Of a stretch of 64,000 nucleotides of DNA, positions 56,523-64,000 are shown piece by piece; the first letter of the stretch is position 1; each line of letters opens with the position of its first letter. The DNA is taken from the NCBI GenBank assembly GCA_028281675.1, contig JANQJL010000057.1, positions 2,077 through 66,076 on the forward strand, written 5' to 3'. Both the position numbers and the translations under genes were made by a program. Under the pieces are notes generated by a model. It saw nothing but the letters and a program-made list of their open reading frames with translations, did no database searches and was not told the DNA's origin. This DNA comes from Simkaniaceae bacterium (lineage in GTDB: Bacteria; Chlamydiota; Chlamydiia; Chlamydiales; Simkaniaceae).

Positions 56523-57254
56523 TTACTTTTCTTTTTCTTTGGGTTTCAAGCGTTTTTTGTGGTGGACAAGGTCTTCCGCAAGCTCGATTTGAATTTTTTG
56601 AAGCTCAATGAGCGATTCCCATTGATGTTTCATAAAAAGATCAAGCTTAGAATGAAGTTGTTGGATTTCTAGCTCTGCCTTCAGATTGGTACAGTATTCC
56701 TCATTAGCCTGGAGGCGATCTTTTTCAGCCTGTCGGTTTTGCGACATCATAATAATTGGTGCTTGAATGGCAGCAAGGCAAGAAAGGACTAAATTAAGGA
56801 GGATAAAAGGGTAGGGATCAAAAGCATCATTATAGAAGTATAGGGCGTTAAAGAGCATCCAGACAGTAATGATGAAGATAAAAGAGAGGATAAACTTCCA
56901 ACTTCCTCCAAGTTTTGCGACTTTATCTGCCATATGTTCCCCAAAAGTGAGTTTTCGTTCAAACATCTGGTTCACATTCTCAGCGAGGATATCTTGACGA
57001 GATAAACTTTCAATGACTTCCTTTTCATGTTTAGAAAGAGCTCCTCGATCTTCCGTCAATAGTTTTTCAATATGTTCTGTTCTGAGTTCTTGGAGATCGG
57101 GGTAACAAATATATCCATTTTTATTGGCGTCTGGATACTTTTTGCAAAGGGTATCCATGACAGAGTTTCTAATCAGCCGAATGGGAAAAAGCTTGGCATA
57201 GGAAAACTCACCGTGACAGATTTCACATTCCTTACATTTATGGTTCCTACTCAT
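56523..57254 (-). CDS. DUF1003-family membrane protein with N-terminal Cys-rich (zinc-ribbon-like) segment
   Basis: FDPYPFILLNLVLSCLAAIQAPIIMMSQNRQAEKDRLQA is the DUF1003 signature as I recall it. N-terminal CKECEICHG. Confidence 0.7.
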   Translation of the reverse strand: MSRNHKCKECEICHGEFSYAKLFPIRLIRNSVMDTLCKKYPDANKNGYICYPDLQELRTEHIEKLLTEDRGALSKHEKEVIESLSRQDILAENVNQMFERKLTFGEHMADKVAKLGGSWKFILSFIFIITVWMLFNALYFYNDAFDPYPFILLNLVLSCLAAIQAPIIMMSQNRQAEKDRLQANEEYCTNLKAELEIQQLHSKLDLFMKHQWESLIELQKIQIELAEDLVHHKKRLKPKEKEK

Positions 57255-57394
57255 TGCCTATACCTCAACTTTTCCTATAGTAAAAAAGAGCTTCAAACAC
57301 AACAATTTTTCTTCTCAGTAAATAAGTTTTTCCTTAAACTTTTCTACTCAAAAACTGAAGAAATTAAATAAACTCTTTAACACAGGATAGGTTC

Positions 57395-58318
57395 ATGGTG
57401 TATTCTATTATTGACCTTCATTGCGATCTTTTAGCCTACCTTAATGAGGATAGAGAAAAGAATGATCCAATGAATGACGCCTCAAGATGTTCTCTTCCCC
57501 TTTTAGAAAAAGGGGGAGTGGCTATCCAGGTACTAGCTGTTTTTTCGCAGCTTGGAGCGGGTTCTTTTAAACAAGCTGAAGGGCAAATCGCCTGCTTTAA
57601 AGAGATGCTAAAAAATTTCTCCAACGCAAAAACTGATTTTATCCTTGCTATCGAAAGCGCTTGCAGTCTTCTTGAAGAAGAGGAGCCGCTAGATCTTCTT
57701 TTTGACCGCTTTGACAGAGAAAAATGGCTCTATATCAGCCTGACTTGGAAAGAAGAAAACCGTTTCGGTGGAGGCGATCAGACAAAGGTAGGGCTAAAGC
57801 GTGATGGAGAAATTCTCTTGGAATATATGGATGGGAAAGACGTAGCCATTGACCTGAGTCACACCTCCGATCCCTTAGCAGAGGGGATTCTCAACCATAT
57901 CGATAAAAAGGGGCTTACGGTTACCCCGATTGCCAGCCACTCTAACTTTCGAGCGGTAAAAGCTCACCCCCGTAACCTTCCCGATTATTTAGCAAAAGAA
58001 ATTATTGCTCGTGGAGGGGTCATTGGGATCAATTTTGTTCGCCACTTTGTAGGGAACAACCCAGAAGACTTCCTCAGTCACATACGTCATGGTCTCTTTC
58101 TTGGAGGGGAAGAAACCCTTGCTATTGGCGCCGATTTCTTTGGGGGCATTCCTCTCCCATCCATTCAACACCTCAAGCCTTTCTATCAAGAGTCATTTTC
58201 AAATAGCAGCGCTTACCCCGACTTTATTAGTCTTCTAGAAAGGGAGCTTTCGGAAGACCAAATCAAAAAGATTACAAGTCTTAATGCGAACCGCCTGATG
58301 GTCCAAAGTGTTTCTTAA
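57395..58318 (+). CDS. membrane dipeptidase family protein (peptidase M19-like)
   Basis: IDLHCDLL, DLSHTSD and IASHSNFRAV match M19 metal-ligand regions. Confidence 0.7.
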   Translation: MVYSIIDLHCDLLAYLNEDREKNDPMNDASRCSLPLLEKGGVAIQVLAVFSQLGAGSFKQAEGQIACFKEMLKNFSNAKTDFILAIESACSLLEEEEPLDLLFDRFDREKWLYISLTWKEENRFGGGDQTKVGLKRDGEILLEYMDGKDVAIDLSHTSDPLAEGILNHIDKKGLTVTPIASHSNFRAVKAHPRNLPDYLAKEIIARGGVIGINFVRHFVGNNPEDFLSHIRHGLFLGGEETLAIGADFFGGIPLPSIQHLKPFYQESFSNSSAYPDFISLLERELSEDQIKKITSLNANRLMVQSVS

Positions 58319-59090
58319 TTGATGCAATCACTTCATCACGCCGTTCGACATGGGCCATGTGACCTACACGGGGGAAAGAACGGAAGGTAGAGGACTTTAG
58401 ATTTTTATGGAGATATTTCGCGCACCATAAAGGGCTTGATAAGTCCTCTTCACCAGCAAGGAGGAGGAAATCAGTCTCGATTTTCGCAAGAAAAGGGGAA
58501 GAGTCAAAAGCTTTAAGTGCTTCGAATTGTCCCATAAATCCTTCGGAAGTTTGGGGATGGGGGTTCTCAGCCATCTCTTTCACCTTTGCTTGGAATTTGT
58601 CAGGGTATTGAACAAAATCGCGGCTAAAAAGCCAAGGGATGACCGTTTCCACAACAAGTTTAATCGGCACTCCAGCCTTCATCAGTTTTCCCGTGGTGGC
58701 GATCTTAAGAAGGGAGGCATTGGGGAGTTTTGCGAAGGGGGCGATAAGAGCCCCTTTATTAATGCGGTCTCCATATTTATAAGCAAGCGTTGTAATAACT
58801 CCTGTTCCCATTGAAGAGCCCACCATGCTTGCTTGAGGGATTTTCAGATAGTCCATCAAACCAATCGTATCATCGGCCATAGTTTCAACTGTGTACGGAG
58901 AGGTGGGAGCACTGGTTTGTCCTGCGCCTCGGTTATCAAATACGATCATTTGGTAATCTTTTTTGAAATCCTCTACATAAGAGAGCCAGGTCATATGGTG
59001 GGTCGAAAACCCTGAAACAAAAACAATCGGTTTTCCTGTGCCATAGACTTCATAGTAGAGATTAATCCCATTAATCTTTGCAAAAGGCAT
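58281..59090 (-). CDS. alpha/beta hydrolase (paralog 2)
   Basis: HG-like region FVSGF, nucleophile elbow GSSMG, C-terminal GHMAHVE. Clearly paralogous to the next gene. Confidence 0.85.
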   Translation of the reverse strand: MPFAKINGINLYYEVYGTGKPIVFVSGFSTHHMTWLSYVEDFKKDYQMIVFDNRGAGQTSAPTSPYTVETMADDTIGLMDYLKIPQASMVGSSMGTGVITTLAYKYGDRINKGALIAPFAKLPNASLLKIATTGKLMKAGVPIKLVVETVIPWLFSRDFVQYPDKFQAKVKEMAENPHPQTSEGFMGQFEALKAFDSSPFLAKIETDFLLLAGEEDLSSPLWCAKYLHKNLKSSTFRSFPRVGHMAHVERRDEVIASIKKHFGPSGGSH

Positions 59091-59865
59091 GGATCCCCTC
59101 CGTAACTGTTTCTAGTGCTTCAATATGGGGCATATGGCCTACCTGCGGTATAGGAAGAAGTTTTCCGTTAGGAAGTCTTTCCTCCAAAACTTTAGTTGCA
59201 TAAAAAGGAGTATAAAGATCTTCTTCCCCAGCAATCATAAGAAGTTCCGTTTCAATTTCTGGGAGCCTATCAGTCAGATCAAACTTAATGATTGCATCGA
59301 GTTGTCCAGCATATCCATCAGCCTCTTGGGGGTAAGGATTGTTGACCAGGTCGGTAATTGTTTTTTCAATCCGCTTAGGATCTCCTAAAAAATCATTACT
59401 AAAAATCCAGGGAAAGATTGTTTCGATTGCAATTGCAGGGTCAACTCCGGTTTCAAAGAGTTTAGCAGTTGTCTTAGCCTGCATCACTGCAGTGCTTGGC
59501 AAACTATTAAAAGGGGCGATTAAAACCCCTTTTTGAATCCGCTCACGATGTCTGAGTCCAATCGATTGAATGATTGCTCCTCCCATGGAAAAACCGACCA
59601 TATGAGCTTTTTTTATTTTTAAGGCGTCCATCATCCCAATCACATCGTCGGCAAGAAGATCAATGGTATAAGGAGGAGGAGAAACATCTGTCCTTCCAGC
59701 TCCCCGGTTATCAAAGGCAATCACGTCAAAAGATTCTTTAAGTTGAGGAATTAATTTTTCCCACATTCCTAAATGATTTGTGAATCCACAAATCAAAATT
59801 AAAGGAACCCCTTTCCCATGTCGTTCATAGTAAAAACTTATTCCATTCGCTTGAATTTTGGGCAT
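59071..59865 (-). CDS. alpha/beta hydrolase (paralog 1)
   Basis: Nucleophile elbow GFSMGG, and GHMPHIE. Start at ATG 59865 or 59871. Confidence 0.85.
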   Translation of the reverse strand: MPKIQANGISFYYERHGKGVPLILICGFTNHLGMWEKLIPQLKESFDVIAFDNRGAGRTDVSPPPYTIDLLADDVIGMMDALKIKKAHMVGFSMGGAIIQSIGLRHRERIQKGVLIAPFNSLPSTAVMQAKTTAKLFETGVDPAIAIETIFPWIFSNDFLGDPKRIEKTITDLVNNPYPQEADGYAGQLDAIIKFDLTDRLPEIETELLMIAGEEDLYTPFYATKVLEERLPNGKLLPIPQVGHMPHIEALETVTEGIHAFCKD

Positions 59866-59953
59866 AAACATCCTGCTAAAAAAACGTTACCATAACATAC
59901 GGAAAAAAAATGTGATAGACAAAAAGTTGCGTACATGATAAACGAGTAGGTAA

Positions 59954-60066
59954 GTGAAGATTAAAAGGCGTGTCCTCTTTCTCTTCACAAGAAAACTTCC
60001 CCCTTCTTTTTCCAGACTGAGAAGTCTGGTCCCCGGCCGTTGTGTGAAAGCATGACGGCCTTTTTT
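59954..60066 (+). ncRNA. candidate small RNA ending in an intrinsic terminator (5' end unknown)
   Basis: Three successive plus-strand hairpins: GTGAAGA...TCTTCAC (59954-59988), CCAGAC-TGAGAA-GTCTGG, and GGCCGT...ACGGCC followed by TTTTTT. Both flanking genes are on the minus strand. Confidence 0.25.
60035..60066 (+). terminator. Rho-independent terminator with no plus-strand CDS upstream
   Basis: GGCCGT-(14 nt)-ACGGCC followed by T6. Confidence 0.5.
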
Positions 60067-60068
60067 GT

Positions 60069-60232
60069 GGTTTGAGGGTTGTGGGATTTATTCCTTTCTG
60101 TTCACCTATCTTCTGGGATCCTTTTGAATGTTGCTCCTAGGAAAGGGCTAGGCCTTTCCCGTTGTCACAACATTCAAAATTATCCTCAGAATTTAGGCCA
60201 CCAGAAAGGAAACATCCCACAACCCCCAAACC
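60069..60232. repeat. 164-nt long imperfect hairpin (MITE-like or structured RNA)
   Basis: The outer arm GGTTTGAGGGTTGTGGGAT..CCTTTCTG pairs with CAGAAAGG..ATCCCACAACCCCCAAACC. The middle stem is TGAATGTTG/CAACATTCA. The apical stem is GGAAAGG/CCTTTCC. Confidence 0.65.
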
Positions 60233-60263
60233 GAGCCCTGAAAAAACTTAAAATTTAGGACAT

Positions 60264-60303
60264 AAAATTCAAAACATCCCCTCACTCCATTCCTGGAGTG
60301 GGG
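60264..60303 (-). terminator. probable dnaJ terminator
   Basis: Minus strand CCCCACTCCA-GGAA-TGGAGTGAGGGG (2-nt bulge) followed by ATGTTTTGAATTTT, about 90 nt after the dnaJ stop. Confidence 0.5.
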
Positions 60304-60389
60304 ATTAAATAATTAGTTTTGAAGTTATAGAGGTGGGAGCTATTTATTGGTAAGCTTTGGAATGGTTTTTAAAATAAGCTCTAAGGGAG

Positions 60390-61541
60390 CTAAAAAAAAA
60401 TCTTTAGTTTATCGAGGAATGACTTCCTTTGTGGAGAGTTTTCTTCGCTTTCCATAGCTTGAAAGTCTTCGAGAAGGGACTTTTGTTTTGCTGAAAGATT
60501 CACAGGGGTTTCGACATGGACCTTGACCAGGAGATCACCCTTTCCATGCCCATGGACATTTTTCAGCCCTTCTCCTTTTATACGGAGAATTTTTCCCGTT
60601 TGAGTTCCCGAAGGAATAGTGAGGCGGACCGGTTTTTTAGAAAGGAGACGGGGAAGGTCCTTTTTACATCCGAGCGCTGCTTCAGATAAACTGATCGGGA
60701 ATGTGATGATCAAATCATCTCCTTCCCGTTTAAAGATGTTGTGTGGCTTAACGCGGATATAGACGTAAAGGTCCCCGGGAGGCCCTCCATTCTCACCGGC
60801 ATCACCATACCCAGCCATTTTAAGGCGCATTCCATCGTCAATACCAGGAGGAATAGGAACTTTAACCCGTTCTTTTTTCTTTACTTTTCCTACGCCATGA
60901 CACTCGCTACAAGTTGCGGTAATCATCTTACCAGAACCATGACAGTGGGGGCAGGTGCTAGACATACTAAAAAAGCCTCGTGACTGGTGAAGTTGCCCTG
61001 TCCCATGACAAGTTGTACAAGTTTTTATATCTTGAGGGGAGCGCGCTCCATTTCCTTTGCACTTGTTGCATTCAGCATGGTTAGTGATAGCGATTTCTTT
61101 TTCGATCCCTTTCGCAGCATCTTCAAAGCTGACCGAGAGCTGTGCTTTTTTGCTTACCCCTTGACGAGCATAATCTTGACTATCACCGAACCCTTGTCCA
61201 AAGAAGGAATCGAAAACGGTATCACCGCCAGGACCACCGCCGCCGCCAAAGGCACCCATGAAGGTCCGGAGGGCCTCTTCCATTGAAGAGAAACCAGCGC
61301 CTCCACCCCCCATTCCTGCACCTTTTAGTGCATCTGATCCATATTGGTCATACATCTGCCGCTTTTGGGGATCGCTAAGAATTTCATAGGACTCAGAGAC
61401 TTCCTTGAATTTTTTCTCAGCATCGGGATTGTCGGCATTTTTATCGGGATGATACTTAAGCGCAAGCTTGCGATAAGCTTTCTTGATCTCATCTTGAGTT
61501 GCGTCACGATTAACGCCTAAAACTTGGTAATAGTCTGTCAT
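60390..61541 (-). CDS. dnaJ: molecular chaperone DnaJ
   Basis: J-domain YYQVLGV...[16 protein letters not shown]. Gly-rich linker. Four CxxCxGxG repeats ([32 protein letters not shown]). Confidence 0.97.
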   Translation of the reverse strand: MTDYYQVLGVNRDATQDEIKKAYRKLALKYHPDKNADNPDAEKKFKEVSESYEILSDPQKRQMYDQYGSDALKGAGMGGGGAGFSSMEEALRTFMGAFGGGGGPGGDTVFDSFFGQGFGDSQDYARQGVSKKAQLSVSFEDAAKGIEKEIAITNHAECNKCKGNGARSPQDIKTCTTCHGTGQLHQSRGFFSMSSTCPHCHGSGKMITATCSECHGVGKVKKKERVKVPIPPGIDDGMRLKMAGYGDAGENGGPPGDLYVYIRVKPHNIFKREGDDLIITFPISLSEAALGCKKDLPRLLSKKPVRLTIPSGTQTGKILRIKGEGLKNVHGHGKGDLLVKVHVETPVNLSAKQKSLLEDFQAMESEENSPQRKSFLDKLKIFF

Positions 61542-61583
61542 ATCCGTTTAAGTATAATAGCTAGCAGTTGATTAATTCAAGTG

Positions 61584-61769
61584 CTAGCGACTTTTTTTGA
61601 TTTTATACTTGAGAGCTGCCTTTGACTTAGCCCTTTTTTTTACAGAAGGTTTGTCATAAAAACGGTGCGCTTTCGCAGCTTTCATAATTCCTTCCTTGTC
61701 GAGCTTCTTTTTAAGAGCTCTAAGAGCTTTATCAATTGATTCGCCTGTACGAACCTTTACATTCGGCAT
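61584..61769 (-). CDS. rpsU: 30S ribosomal protein S21
   Basis: [28 protein letters not shown]...HRFYDKPS. Confidence 0.93.
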   Translation of the reverse strand: MPNVKVRTGESIDKALRALKKKLDKEGIMKAAKAHRFYDKPSVKKRAKSKAALKYKIKKSR

Positions 61770-61879
61770 AAATAGATCACATCCTAGTGGTTTTAAAAAT
61801 TTCTGTTATCGCTTTATCGAATCCATCAATTCGATAGGTTAAGTCATTATATACCACATTCCCCTTATAATTCAATATT

Positions 61880-62401
61880 TTACGGGTTTTTCAGGTAACA
61901 AACTTCAATTTTTCCATGAGAATCTCCTCCAAACAGAGAATATTTCTCTTGGAGATACCTTCCTAAAAAGGGGAGGTTAAGGGTCTTGGAGAGAGGCTTC
62001 TTTCCTTCCTTTATATAAGGGGAGCCGAAGGTGACCTTTTCTCCGACTTTTTCCCCCTCTAGGACAAAGGTTTTCTCCGATTTTCCATCTCCATAGAGAG
62101 CAAAAGGGCCCTCTTCTTCAGGAGTGTAAATCTTTAAGCTACAGAAGGGGACTAAGGAGAGCCCTTTAGCGAAAGCGAGGGTTTTTGCAGTCATCACACC
62201 CACCCGAATCCCAGTAAAGGATCCTGGCCCGGTCCCGACTGCAATAAAGTCGATTGTTTCATTTTCAAGAAGTTTTTGAATAGCAGGGAGTAAGGTTTGA
62301 GATTGTTTCATTGGAGGAAGAAATTCGGTGAAAAGTTCTCCACCAACAAAAAGAGAAACAAAACTCTCCGTGGTACTGGTATCAATCATCAAAAACTTCA
62401 T
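61880..62401 (-). CDS. tsaB: tRNA threonylcarbamoyladenosine biosynthesis protein TsaB (YeaZ-like, short)
   Basis: MKFLMIDTST and AVGTGPGSFTGIRVGVMTAKTLA. Start set to ATG 62401 (the tracked start is TTG). Confidence 0.8.
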   Translation of the reverse strand: MKFLMIDTSTTESFVSLFVGGELFTEFLPPMKQSQTLLPAIQKLLENETIDFIAVGTGPGSFTGIRVGVMTAKTLAFAKGLSLVPFCSLKIYTPEEEGPFALYGDGKSEKTFVLEGEKVGEKVTFGSPYIKEGKKPLSKTLNLPFLGRYLQEKYSLFGGDSHGKIEVCYLKNP

Positions 62402-62579
62402 AACAATTTGAAACCTCAACGCTTCATATTTTTTGGCTAGCAGATCTCTAGGACTTAATGTTGGGCTCCATTATAACTGGGTTGTTTTTATTTTGCAGGG
62501 CCCAGTATACAAAAAGTAAGGGTGAATGATACACTACCTAAGAATACTTTTAGTTTAAACAGGTTAAAGAGGTTACCTT

Positions 62580-64000
62580 TTGGTTAACGATGAAAATGAT
62601 GAACATCCTGAGGATGAAGAGTTTGATCTCTCTGATTCTCTTCTAGATAGCGACTTAGAAAAGCTGATTGGAAATAAGAAGAAGCCGGTTATTGAAGAAT
62701 CCTTTCCTGAAGAGCTTTTTATTCTTCCACTCACAAGGAGGCCCTTTTTCCCTGGGATGGCAGCTCCACTTGTCATTGAGCCTGGTCCTTTTTATGAAGT
62801 TTTAAAAATCGTTGCAAAATCGCCTCATAAAACCTTAGCCCTCTTTTTAACGAAAAAAGAAGATGCAAATATCTATGAAATAGGATTTGAGGAGCTTAGC
62901 GAAGTTGGGGTTGTGGCAACAATTCTGCGAATTGTTCCCTTGGAGCAAGGAGGGGCACAAGTCGTCCTTAACATGGAAAAAAGGATCAAAATAGAAGCGC
63001 CTCTTCCGAAATCAAAATACCTTCGTGCAAAAATCTCTTACCATGATGATAAGATAACTCAAGAACAATCGAAAATCATTAAAGCTTATTCGATTAGCAT
63101 TATAACAACAATTAAAGAGCTGCTCAAGCTAAACCCCTTATTTAAAGAAGAACTCCAAATTTTCCTTGGCCATTCCGATTTTACAGAACCAGGAAAGCTC
63201 GCTGACTTTGCTGTTGCGCTCACAACTGCTGGGCGAGAAGAACTTCAAGAAATTTTGGGAACATTTGATGTTCAAGATCGGATTGATAAAACCTTAGTCC
63301 TTCTAAAGAAGGAGCTTGATCTTAGTAAGCTCCAAAGTAGCATTAACCAAAAAATCGAAGCAACGATATCCAAGACCCAAAGAGAATTTTTCCTCCGTGA
63401 GCAACTAAAAACGATTAAGAGAGAGCTTGGTCTCGAAAAAGATGATAAGACCAGCGATACGGAGAAATTTAAAGAGCGCTTAAAAGACAAAACAGTTCCA
63501 GAAGAGGTCCAAAAAGTCATCGATGAAGAGCTTGAAAAACTCGGAGTTCTGGAAGTGCAATCAGCTGAATATGCCGTCTCCCGAAACTATCTTGATTGGC
63601 TTACCATTGTTCCATGGGGAACCTTTAGCGATGAAAATCATAGCTTAGCTAAGGCAGAAAAAATTCTTGAAGAAGATCACTATGGTCTTAAGGATATTAA
63701 AGAACGAATCATTGAGTTCATCGGTGTGGGTAAACTCACAAAGGGAGTTAAAGGGAGTATTATTTGTTTAGTGGGACCTCCCGGAGTGGGAAAAACAAGT
63801 ATTGGAAAAAGTATTGCCCGCGCTCTTAATCGAGAGTTTTACCGCTTTTCTGTTGGAGGAATGAGAGACGAAGCAGAAATTAAAGGGCACCGCCGCACCT
63901 ATATTGGTGCTATGCCTGGAAAAATGATTCAAGCGTTGAAGACTGCGCAGAAAATGAATCCAGTCATCATGATTGATGAAGTGGACAAGATGGGGATGAG
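62580..64000 (+). CDS. lon: ATP-dependent Lon protease, 3' end beyond the window
   Basis: Not in the ORF track because there is no stop in the window. The frame is open from 62580 to the end. Lon N-domain LFILPLTRRPFFPGMAAPLVIE, then REQLKTIKRELG, Walker A GPPGVGKTS, and HRRTYIGAMPGK. Proposed TTG start 7 nt after GAGG, directly after an in-frame TAA. Confidence 0.9.
   Translation, partial: MVNDENDEHPEDEEFDLSDSLLDSDLEKLIGNKKKPVIEESFPEELFILPLTRRPFFPGMAAPLVIEPGPFYEVLKIVAKSPHKTLALFLTKKEDANIYEIGFEELSEVGVVATILRIVPLEQGGAQVVLNMEKRIKIEAPLPKSKYLRAKISYHDDKITQEQSKIIKAYSISIITTIKELLKLNPLFKEELQIFLGHSDFTEPGKLADFAVALTTAGREELQEILGTFDVQDRIDKTLVLLKKELDLSKLQSSINQKIEATISKTQREFFLREQLKTIKRELGLEKDDKTSDTEKFKERLKDKTVPEEVQKVIDEELEKLGVLEVQSAEYAVSRNYLDWLTIVPWGTFSDENHSLAKAEKILEEDHYGLKDIKERIIEFIGVGKLTKGVKGSIICLVGPPGVGKTSIGKSIARALNREFYRFSVGGMRDEAEIKGHRRTYIGAMPGKMIQALKTAQKMNPVIMIDEVDKMGM

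Noticed and set aside
57383-57397. 15-mer CAGGATAGGTTCATG shared by the dipeptidase start region and the fmt start region (24652-24666)
   Set aside because: In a 64-kb window read on both strands, roughly one to a few identical 15-mers are expected by chance. The flanks are unrelated.
60069-60232. Possible membership of the 164-nt hairpin in the CAACCC...GGGTTG repeat family
   Set aside because: Only GGGTTGTGGGA resembles the core. There is no TCGAAGCAG tail and the arms differ. I treat it as a separate element.
61542-61879. Looked for a CIRCE element (TTAGCACTC-N9-GAGTGCTAA) near dnaJ/rpsU
   Set aside because: No match seen on either strand.
1-64000. CRISPR arrays, rRNA genes, intact IS elements, integrases, tmRNA / RNase P / SRP RNA
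   Set aside because: I scanned the intergenic regions by eye. There are no regularly spaced direct repeats and no recognisable conserved RNA motifs beyond the one tRNA and its partial copy. No ORF shows transposase or integrase motifs.

Overview
This is a gene-dense 64-kb window of about 90 genes, roughly 40% GC by eye. From gene content and order I infer it comes from a member of the Chlamydiae, probably a Chlamydia-related environmental lineage. No database search was possible, so all protein calls rest on motifs I recognise in the translations.

Three conserved blocks follow the gene order I recall from Chlamydia spp.:
- Block 1 (2-25601): cmk-plsC, trxA-trmL-mip-aspS-hisS, uhpC-dnaE, a BamD-like gene, rsbW, a PBP5/6-type carboxypeptidase, rsmA, rsmB, lnt-lpxC-fabZ-lpxA-fmt.
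- Block 2 (28291-41698): the rplC-to-rplQ ribosomal / secY / rpoA cluster followed by gap. It lacks rpsJ, rpsN, rpmD, adk, map, infA and rpmJ, as is usual for Chlamydiae.
- Block 3 (60390-64000): dnaJ-rpsU-tsaB-lon, with lon running off the window.

Between fmt and rplC sit three lineage-specific putative membrane proteins.

Between blocks 2 and 3 is a ~17-kb accessory stretch (about 43.2-60.4 kb) that starts at tRNA-Leu(UAA). It contains:
- a degenerate copy of the tRNA 3' half 3.4 kb downstream of the intact gene
- an amino-acid ABC importer operon preceded by a 20-codon leader ORF with five consecutive His codons
- a decayed Bro-N/antirepressor-type gene
- an AT-rich trio: a methyltransferase, an unknown gene and an ANT(6)-like nucleotidyltransferase
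- a beta-barrel outer membrane protein
- an operon of VOC protein, small ORF and radical-SAM/SPASM enzyme
- a membrane-anchored non-specific nuclease directly followed by a pentapeptide-repeat protein
- an ABC-2 exporter, a P-loop NTPase, a DUF1003 protein, an M19 dipeptidase and two tandem alpha/beta hydrolases

A family of structured intergenic repeats has at least 3 full copies and 1-2 partial copies. Each shares a conserved hairpin core CAACCC-N5-6-GGGTTG-TCGA(A/G) inside copy-specific long inverted repeats. A separate 164-nt hairpin element also occurs. No CRISPR array, rRNA gene, intact IS element or integrase was seen.
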